From: Octopus vulgaris
Taxonomy: Eukaryota
Length of the DNA: 64,000 nt
Direction of reading: 5' to 3'
NCBI GenBank assembly: GCA_951406725.2
Contig: OX597822.1
Coordinates: 18,104,001 to 18,168,000 of the forward strand
Within the stretch, counting starts at the first letter, position 1; every line of letters begins with the position of its first letter. Under the pieces are notes generated by a model. The model saw only the letters and a program-made list of their open reading frames with translations, was not told the origin of the DNA and searched no databases. Positions 53,951 to 64,000 of this stretch are shown piece by piece. The position numbers were made by a program, and so were the translations under genes.

Positions 53951-56261
53951 CTGAGAGAGAGAAATATGTATGAGCGTGTGTGCATGTATGTATATGACAC
54001 CCAATTCTGTAGAATTAAAATCAAATATATATTTCATTTTATTGCATTTTGTTTGAGAAATGGTTGTGTGTTGGGACTAAAATAGTCACAATGTGGCAAC
54101 TGTTTATTGTAGCTATTAAAAACATATACACGGTTAGCTTCACTTTATTATTATTATTATTTTCTAATGCTATATATTCATTCTTATGGTGAATGTGTAA
54201 AATGTATCTATAAATACCACAGTATGCTTATATAAGATGCTATGTGTTCATAACACAACCTGAATCCGTCTGTTTGACTTGGAATTTACACAAGTCAGTC
54301 ATTCATATTATGAGGTGTCTTTGTTGAAGTTGAAAGTTTACGCAGTTTGCTGCCCACTTTGCTTCCATCTCTATAATCCAAACACTTAACAAAACTACTC
54401 CAAGAGACTCTGCCATCCTCATCACCTTCTACGCATCAAGCCAAGTTCAGAAACATCTCACATTGCTTCAAGCCATTGAGGTCAATGGCTATGACAATTT
54501 CTTCTGCTGTTGTGACCCACAGCTAAACCTCTCCAACAGCTATGTCCCTCTGTCTATATATCTTTCTCTCTTTTCACACAGACACATATTAAGAAGGTAA
54601 ATAGCACAAAAAGAAGACAATATGGGAAGGGGGACAAGTTTTAACAAATGTTATATTGGTTTAACTCTTTAAAAGAAGGGAAAGAGTCTTGAGATTCCAG
54701 ACACAAGTCCTTCTTCAAAAGAAAGCAAAGAAAAGTAAAAATTTAAAAAATGAGAAAAGGTGGTTGAAAAAACTGTGGGGTTGGTTCCCCACTAATCTCT
54801 GGAAGCAAACTGCATTGGGTTCTTTTAGCAAAGGAAAGCAACCTCTCTGATGCTGCCAATATCTATCTTCCAATATCCACAGTGTGATGGAAAACAGTTG
54901 TTAAAAGTTTTCTCCTCCAGCATCTTGAATATCTCTTTCCTTCTTTAGTGACCGTCAGTAGAGTTTCTGGAGATTCCATACTAGCTGGTGATCTGCTCTC
55001 TCACCTTCAGTACTCACCATCAACTCCTCATTCTTGAGACTTTTGGCAAAATCATTATTGCTGCATTTGATACCAGTAATGTTTTTCATCAGGTCTGATT
55101 CAAGAATTTCTGAGCTCAGCTTCCCCCTCCATCCCCAAAACAAGGGAACATCTCTGTAGGTGTTTAACCTGAAAAGAAGAGCCAGTGTTTATGATGCAGC
55201 ACTTTCTATGTTAATGATGTGAGATCAGACATGGAGTTGGTTGTGGGGGTTGGGGTGGAAAGTGTATTACAGAATGCTCCTCCCACATTTATGGCTTTTT
55301 CTGTTTATGCAAATGTTATAAAGCACATCCACAGAAATGATGTCTGCTTGATTGGCAAAAACTTATTCACCAATACGTTGTTTTGTTCAGGTTATTTCAA
55401 CAGAAATTATAGCCATCACTGATGTTTTGCTAAAATGTTTCATATCAAGACATCACATCTCTCTCATGTATTCTTCCCTATCGACTCAACTGCTACAACA
55501 TAATGCTACTCCTCTGAACTAGTTAGCTGCGTACCATCTCCATTGAAGCCCAACCAACACACATCATGTCTCTCTCTCTCTTTCTCTCTCCCTCTCTCTC
55601 TATCTCATTGCTCACATTGCGTTGTACTTCCCCTCCCCACACCACCTACACTTGTCCCTTCCAAAACGTCACCCCTCTGGTATTCCCTTTGTTTTGTAGA
55701 TGTCAACTCCAGTCTCTCCAGTCTCAAAGGGCCTACAGTTTCTAGGTTCTGACCCTTCCACCTGATTAAACTAAAGGGCAATTCAGGAGATCTATGCAAT
55801 TGTCCTTCCTGCTGGAAATAACAACCAAATTCTCTCAAGCTACACTTTACAGTCTTCAGTAAAGAATGCTCACATTCCACAGGCATGGTGGTGTGGTTAA
55901 CAAGCTCACTTTGCCTCATAAATGGTTTTTGTATTGTAAAAATGTAAGAGGTTTATTGCCTCATAAATGTTTTTTTTTAACTGTGTAAGATTATGCCTCG
56001 ATTATGAAACTTAAAAAGAACAATGTCTTTGAGTAAACAGCAATCGGCAGGCGTTACTTGTTGCCCTCATTTTTCACCATTTCATTTGTCATTCATATCA
56101 TTATGTGCATGTCCAGCCCGCAGCTTCCTTTCTTTGTAAGGCCCTTGTGGCCAATTAAATGAATAAAACAAGCTCACTTTGCAGCCACTTGGTGCTGGGT
56201 TCGGTCTCACTGCCTGACACTTTGGGCAAGTGTCTTCTACTCTTGCTCTGATGCAATGCCA

Positions 56262-56782
56262 AGCTCTGGCTATCATGGCTTCTGATCTTAACTGATTGGA
56301 AGTGTTATCATGTACATTGTTTTGTCTTGGTATAAAAGATGGGCTACAGCAAATATTCTACTCAATACCACAGATTTGATCGTCAGTTGCTTGACCTTCA
56401 CCAGTTGAGTATGTCCCTTAGTGACTGACGATATGTGCATCTCTGATCATGAGCAGAAGTAGTGGAGGATCATTATAGCCAGTGTTGAGAGGAACTGTTT
56501 GGGGTTTGAATAATTCTCCACTGGAAACATAGCTGTTTCATTTGACATCTTTAAACAACCCCCATTCTGGAACCTTTCGACCTGAAGAAAATTCTAACCT
56601 GCAAGGTCATGCACTGTTTACATTGATATGAGATCACCATGTCACACACATATGGTTGTGATGCATGTGCCTGGTATACTCTTATCAGACGGGTAGACAT
56701 GATGGGTATATTTGGTTTTCTATGTTTGTGTCTCGGTGTCACTTTGGTGGCATGCACTGCTCTCTCACTCTATAATAATAGT
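56262..56782 (+). mobile_element. Probable LINE 3'UTR fragment with (TAA)n tail
   Basis: Non-coding, interrupts a SINE head, ends ctctctcactctataataata; family not determined. Confidence 0.5.
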
Positions 56783-56993
56783 ATTATGGTTCCAAAATGT
56801 TGGTACAAGGCCAACAATTTCAGGGGTGGGGGGATAAAGTAACTACATTGACTCCAGTACATGACTGGTACTTATTTTATCAACCCTGAAAGGATGAAAG
56901 TCAACCACAGCAGAATTTGAACTCAGATGGACAAAATACCACGAAGCATCCTACTGATGATTCTGCCAACTGATCGCCATCATATAAACATTA

Positions 56994-57055
<62 letters not shown>

Positions 57056-57234
57056 CCTTTCTTCTAAAGGCACAAGGCCAGAAATTTCTAGGAAGGGGCT
57101 AAGTCAATTAGATTGATCCCAGGGCTCAACCGGTTTTTTATTTTATTGACTCTGAAAGGATGAAAGGCAAAACTGACCACAGCGGAATTTGAACACTAAA
57201 TGTAAAGACGGGTGAATATTTGGTAAACAGCAAA

Positions 57235-58133
57235 TAAGACCTGCTACAGTATGCTGCTAATGCAGAAGGATTTACCAAATATGGACTTGAGTGTGCTCAT
57301 GAATTCCGATCAAGAACAATCAATGAGAGGGAAGAAACCCTACCCTGCATGGAATTACATGGTCCGTTCTACCATGAAACCAACAAATTAAAAGACTAGG
57401 AAGCATCATGGAGGTGGCTTAACAAGGATGACTAAAAAAGAATACTGAAAACCTAATCATCGCTGCCCAGGACCAGGCATTGAATATCAACTCAGTGAAA
57501 AAGAGAATATACCACACGAGTGCAGAATGTGTGGGAATGCATGACTCACATTGTTAGTGCTTGTGAAAGTCTTGCACAGAAAGAGTACAAGTGTAGACAC
57601 AACAAGGTAGCCCCAAAACCTCTAATGGCTACTATGCCGTAAGTATGGATATGAGGTTACGGGTGCTTGGTACCAACACACACCGGAAAAGGTAATGGAT
57701 GAAAAGGGGAAGGCAAAAATCCACTGGGACTTTGACTTCCAGACAGACAAGATATTAGAGTGCTGAAAGCTGGATATAGCAACCTTTAGGATGGACAAAC
57801 AAGAGTGCCTCTTAATTGACGTGGTAGTGCCAGGAGACCAACATATCATTATGAAAGAAAGAGAAAAGATTGATAAATATAGAGGCCTGAGAATTGAGAT
57901 TGCTAAGATGTGGCAGCCATAAGAGTCAAACATAAAGGTTGTTTCTATTGTCATCAGAGTATTGGGTTCAATATCACCCAATCTGAAAAAAACATCTGAA
58001 AACTTTAGAAATGTCCTACAACCTAGGTGTATTACAAAACCCAGCATTACTTGGAACTGCATACATATTGCATAAAGTACTGTCTGCCTGAGGTCAATCA
58101 ACAACCTCATGATATTGTATACTGTGTGACATC

Positions 58134-58160
<27 letters not shown>
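57235..58160 (+). mobile_element. R4/Dong-like LINE 3' fragment (CCHC finger plus RLE), degenerate
   Basis: TENLIIAAQDQAL, CRMCG...HIVSACESLAQKEYKCRHNKVA, WYQHTPEKV, KIHWDFDFQTDK, CLLIDVVVPGD...EKIDKYRGLRIEI; (ATA)n tail. Confidence 0.88.
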
Positions 58161-58165
<5 letters not shown>

Positions 58166-60983
58166 ATTCAAGATATGTTTTCTGTTTTCCTTTGCATGTA
58201 ACTTTCGCTTCTTGAATATAAATTCCATTTCTTTGAGGCTGCAATCAAATGATTGAAACAAGAATGTCTTACTCAAAAATCTTTGTTGAACTTTGTGTAT
58301 GAAACCCTCCTACCACCACCACCCTCCTCCCCATCCTCCTTCTCTCCCTCCTTGGCAGCAGCAGCATCATCATTTTCATTATTATTGGCTTCAATCTTAC
58401 CATACAATCAGCCTCCTCCTCATCATCATCATCGTTGTTGTCACCACAAGAATAGGAATAAGAAGTCAGTTTCCCTCTTCTTTGGCCTTCTCTTCACTAT
58501 CATCATATTTTTGCTTCAAATTTACATTGGAAATGAGAAAATTTCAATATACCATTTGCAATTTATTTTAATGAGGGGTTAAATTTGGTCCAATAGCATT
58601 TAAAAAAAAATTTTATATTTTTTTATTTTATATTTTCATTTTTGTTGCTTCCTGCAATTTTGCTATTATCACAGAACCAGTGTGGTGATTACCAAATAGC
58701 CTGTATTTGTTCGTTAGGTAGACTGGAAACAAAAAGCATACACAAAATGAAAAAAAAAAAAAGATACAAAATAAAAGAAAAAAAATATAGTTAATTACAG
58801 CAGCCAAGTTATTTGCATATTGTTTTTGTCGACCATAAAAACTCATTAACTTTGGTTGGAAGTCAGTGAAAGAAGAACAACTTTGAAGAATTCTCCACAG
58901 ACAAGACTTGTTTTATTTATTTGTGTCAAAAGTTTTAATTTAAAGACTTGCTAAATTCATTTTGGCTTTAATGCTGCATTAACAAAATGTTGCTGGAGAA
59001 TAATCTACTTGTGCATGATATTTGAAGAGAATTTGGTAAATAAAGTGAAATCATTGGGTTTTTTTTTTCCTTCTCTTTTTTTAAGGTTTTTTTTTTTCTT
59101 GTGATAAGTGAAATAGCTCACTGGATAAAAGTGTTGGAATCATTCATGTATTCAAGATCTCGGGCAGCTGTTTTACTAATCACCCCCCCCCACACACACA
59201 CACACATTACTCACACCTCCTCCCTCACTCTTCACACTTGTTCTCCCTCTTTGTTACTCCTTTGCTTCTTTCATTTCTCATTCAGAATTTTACTGTTGTG
59301 GTGGTCACCAATGAAAAAGAAAAAAAAAATATTCATTGCATCAAATCAACTCACTGTATTTTGTTTTTGCATTCTGGGAACTTCCATGGATTAATCCCCC
59401 CATCCTGCCACCCGACCTCCACAGTTCTTCTTTGATTCTGGATCTCCTTAACCATTAGAAACTAAATTACATTTTGAACAGAATGATATACTTGAGCCAA
59501 GGGAAAGATCACAACTGTGTCAACGATACATTTGACCATAAGCATTGGAATAATTGAGGAGAACAGAAACACAGCATAAAACCAAACATTGTTGTATTTA
59601 ATGCATGTGTCTCATTGTGTGTGTGTGTGTGAGTGAGAGAGAAAGAGAGAGAGAGAGTTTATATGTAACTGTGTGTGCAAATATAAGAGATTCTTTAAAT
59701 TTCCCCATTGTCAGAAAACTGTTTCATTTTGTGCACCTGTTAGTATTAATGAAGATAACATCATTGGATGGGATCCTAGCCAAAATAGATTGTGTAGAAA
59801 TTTATGAAGGCCTTTCACAGGATGGTTTGTTTGTAATAATTAAAAAGAATGATTTACCATTTTCTAAGTTTCTTGGCATTGGATATATCAAGTGTTTACC
59901 CCTGGGACCTTAGCTATTCAATAAGAACGCTGCAAACACACTAACTGGCTCCAAGACAAGATTCTTGCTTCTCATCACATATTTCGCATTTTGGCGCTCT
60001 CATTTTAAATGGTATATATCTTTTCTCCATATCTCAATCCTTGACATTATCTCCTAGTTCTGTTTTTACCATTCCTCCATCTCCTTGGGAATTCTTGTTA
60101 CTCTGAAATTTTATCTGTTATCAAAACCAATTATGTATCCGAGCTAAATTCACTCAAAATTACAAATACTTGGCAGGAATATAAATGACCAGCCCCACTT
60201 GTCTTACAAAAGATCAGTGAAGGATACACATGCATCAGCAGTTCTACATGTTATTATGTTGTGGCACAATCCCAACATTACAAGTTCACAGAAGATTTTG
60301 GTGAGTTGGAACATTTACCTGCTGTAGCAATCATTTTGCCAGTCTTAGAAAATCTGTCCCTGCCAATTCCATCTTGCCCATGCTGGTATGGAAAAATGGA
60401 TGTTAAACAATGATGATGATAAGGGTAGTGCCTGTGACAATTAACAAGGCCTCCAAGACTAATGAGAGAGGAATGGAGAGGGGGGAAGGAGGAGAAAGGA
60501 AGTATCATCAAAACCAGATTCCTGGCCTAAATGCTTGCAGCAGAGTGGAATCTGTCAAAGACATCCATCCAAGTTGACTGTGCAGAATTTGAACCCAGAA
60601 TCCAAGAAATATTGAAAGGTATTCTGGTTGATGGTTTTACACATCTACGAATTCAACGCCTCCAGATTGATGTTTTATTCACCTTCAAAGGACGAAAAGT
60701 GAAGATGACCTCAGCAGGGTTTGAACCTTGCTTGCAGAGAGTTGGAACCAATACTACTGCTCTAATGGTACTACCAGATCACCACCCATATCTTGCTGTT
60801 ATTATCATTTAACCCATGGTCACCTTTATTGAAACACACTTTAGTGCAACATTTATGTAATACATGTATGATTTGAGAGAAATTTGGCTGCTGTTTCTAT
60901 CAAGTCAAATGATCATATAGAAGTTGTTTCATCGGCAGAATGTTATCAGAAAACATCTGGAAATCCAAGATGTTTGGCTGTTT

Positions 60984-61210
60984 TTAACCTTTTTAGCATT
61001 CAAATTAATGTCTAATTAAATATTTATTTATTCACATCGTTTTCAATTAATTATGTATTATTTCATAGCTTTGAAATTTTGCTGATGTGATTGTATATTT
61101 TGAGAATGACATTGTAAGCTAGGTGTGAGAGGCCAGATGTGGACATTTGGAACATAAAGCAAGTAGAAGATTTGAGCCCAATATGGATAGTTTAAATGGC
61201 AAATGGTTAA
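60984..61210. mobile_element. piggyBac-type MITE (TTAA-flanked)
   Basis: TTAA|CCTTTTTAGCATT ... AATGGCAAATGG|TTAA imperfect TIRs. Confidence 0.55.
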
Positions 61211-63779
61211 AAGAAATCCTTTATTCTTATAATGTTGAAGAATTGTGTAAATAGGGATGTTTTGGAATTGGTTGATCCCTTTTACAATTGAAGAAACAAT
61301 GTACAACATTGACCTTTATGAGGAAGTTGACATTGCTTCTAATTCTTTTATTACTTCAAGAATAACTCAACAAAAATATCAGATCTACATAAATAAAAAG
61401 CGTATTTATACCAGCTAACAAACTAATTAACTCCGTTTTTTTTTCGTTTGTCTGTTATACTTTTTCAACATTTTTCTTGTGTCTAGCTTATTAAATATCT
61501 TGGTTCTAAATTAAATATATTCTCTCTTAATTTATGATAGTTCAATGTTGCATTGAACGTAACTTATATTCTAAATAAATTCTTCAAAGATTGATTTTTT
61601 TTTAATCACTTAAAATAAATTCAACACAAGAATATTCTAGTTTGGCAGAAAAACATTTATTGAAATAAATCTTGTGAAGTACTCCAATAAAAATTCATCT
61701 TACTAAAAGGTCTGAATTTTATTTATTTATTTATCATTTTTTTAAAAAAAAGACACTTTTATTCTTTTTATTTTTTCTTGTGTAGATATCATTTTTCAAC
61801 TTTCGATGCATTATTTCTTTTGTTTTTAGTTAATTATATTAAGATAAACTCAATATTAATCACTGTCATACTAAAGATAATGAGAGATCAGAACTGTAAA
61901 TCAAAGTGTAAACATAATACATTTTATAGTCTTCTTCCTCTTGTTGTTTTCTGTGTGTTCTCAAAACAGTACACACACACACACACACACATACACACAC
62001 ACACACACATGCGCGCGCGAGCACATACTTACATACTCTGTTGAAGACACAGTTATTACTGCTAGTTTTCTTTTTTTTCTTTTACCCAAACTCTTCTTTT
62101 ATCTTTGGTAAGATGACTTGGTGGAATCATTAGAAACACTGGAAAGAATTGTTTGTGGTATTTTTAGTCTATAGTAGTATCTATGTGGTAGAAGAGAGCT
62201 TGGTAACCTTGGAAGGCAGCAAATCTGTGAGAATGACAATTCTAAGCATCAAACTATTGACAACCTTAGCAGACAGCTACCAAAGGACTAAGTAGTTAAA
62301 CCAGGTGAAGAGCCAATGGCCTAAATAGGCCATGGCAGGAATTCATCTCAGAATGCAAAATGCCAGACCAAACATTGCAAGGAATGTTGCCTAGCATTCA
62401 TACAATTCTGTCATTTAATTACAGTCAGTGACTTTATTAACAACAGTGTTTCTTACAACATGGCTTGCCTAGTTTTAGGCATAACTGTGTGGTGGAGATG
62501 CATGAGAAGGTTGCTTCCTAATCATGTGGTTTTGGATTCAGTCCCAGTATGTAGAACCTTGGGTGTCGTCTCTACTAAATGTGTATTTTTCAACACAGAG
62601 ATGACCCAGAAGGTGTTACTCCTCGATTACTATCGCAAACAGCAGTAGATTTCTTCAGCTGAATACACATTGTTGATTGGTTAAAATTACCCAAATTCAA
62701 CAACTTTAACACGAAATAACTTCTAAAATACAAAATTTTGTCAAAAATGTTGGAAGTAAACTGTGTTAGGCATGAGAAATTACACCAGTTTACGAAGTTT
62801 CAAGCTATCAAAAAACAAAATAATTAAAAATATGTGAACCAAACTGAAGAGATCCTAACACTGTGCTGGCCCAAGTCTTGTGATTGGAAATGGTTGATAG
62901 AAACTGAAAGAAGCCCGTCATATTTATTTGTATGTTTGTCTCATCCTCATTTAACACGCATATTCCATGTTGGATGATTTGACAAGATCTAATGGATCAA
63001 AAGACAGCAACTAGTCCAGTGGTTCAAGGTCTGCTTTGGAACGGTTTCTGTGGTTGGATGCATTTGCCAATGTCAACCACATTACAGTCTGTACTCTGTT
63101 CTTTTCATGCTGCCAGCACTTGTGAGGTTACCATGCAGCTCACAAGACTACAAAAGCCATTTGTGGTGGTTGGGATTTATGCAAGGAGATTAGGGGTTAA
63201 AGTATGACAGATGGTGGGGGCAGACAGGGACAAGCATGTTCTTGTAAAGGAGTTACATGGTTATTTAATTTTAGAGGAGAGTGGGTGGGAATTTGAAGGT
63301 GTGTATGGGGGTAGGAGTTTGAAGGGAGGTAGGCAACAACTGTAAAGATGAGGTAGGATTGAAGGTGGATGTAGAGAATGATGGAGGACCAGTGATGCAT
63401 GAGTTGGGGAAGATGGTGGAGTGTAGAAGGGAGGACAAGGGGGAGATGATATTTGGTTGGTTAGGCTACTGGAACGAGAAGTGGAGCATGGGGTAAAGTT
63501 AGGTGGAATGCATGTGAGGAAAGAATTTTGCAGTTCAGGGTAAGCAGAATTGCTAACATGTGGGTTTGGTGAATAATAAAAGATGAAGAATTCTTGACAA
63601 GTGTAATGCTTCCAGGTAACAAGAAAAATAGGATGGTCTCAAGGGGTCAAGGATGGGGGTACACACAGAGAGTTGGGGGAGAGGTGTTTGGAGGATATTT
63701 TGGTGAGGTGTTCATTTATGAATATATATATGCACACAGTGCTTCCAGAAGTCAGAGTTGTGGATATGGGTGGATCTTC

Positions 63780-64000
63780 TTGACCATTTCATATTACAGT
63801 TCCTTTGTCATCTCTTCCATTCAGCTTTGGCTCCTGAGATCAACTTTCGTCACTTCAATTCATGTCTTCCTGGGTTTCTCTTTTCTACAAGTTCTGACCA
63901 CTTTTAGTGATCAACGCTTCATTATCTTCTTTATACAGCTGTCCTCATCCATGTCAATACCAGCACAATCTTGCACACTACATCTAATTCCACTTGTGCC
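63780..64000 (-). mobile_element. Degenerate RTE RT C-terminal fragment
   Basis: Antisense similarity to 44420-44640 (catgtcttcctgggt, ctgtcctcatccat, ttgcacac). Confidence 0.6.

Noticed and set aside
59780-59913. Peptide IDCVE...IIKKNDLPFSKFLG resembling THUMPD3 IDAVQ...IIVTDLPFGKRMG
   Set aside because: Conserved WD and LPL residues and the G of PFG are absent and there are no convincing splice sites; too divergent compared with the high identity of the real exon.

Overview
AT-rich, repeat-saturated eukaryotic DNA, most likely an octopus (coleoid cephalopod) genome, inferred from the SINE/RTE repeat families and dense (TA)n/(CA)n/(TATG)n microsatellites. The only confidently identifiable host coding sequence is one large + strand exon (2412-3079) of THUMPD3, the tRNA m2G6 methyltransferase. 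Its downstream SAM-binding exons are not recognisable in the following ~61 kb, which looks like intron or intergenic DNA. That DNA contains tRNA-derived SINEs, RTE-clade LINE 3' ends, R4/Dong- and HERO-like RLE LINE fragments, Tc1/mariner relics and Penelope-like (PLE) relics. The most interesting non-coding signal is a set of hammerhead ribozyme (HHR) motifs: an intact type I HHR present on both strands inside a ~352-bp tandem/inverted retrozyme-like element (16531-17235), plus variant or degenerate HHRs and several long fold-backs. A few orphan exon-like segments are reported at low confidence. Almost all ORF-track entries are microsatellite or antisense-repeat artefacts. All family assignments come from recalled motifs; no database search was run.
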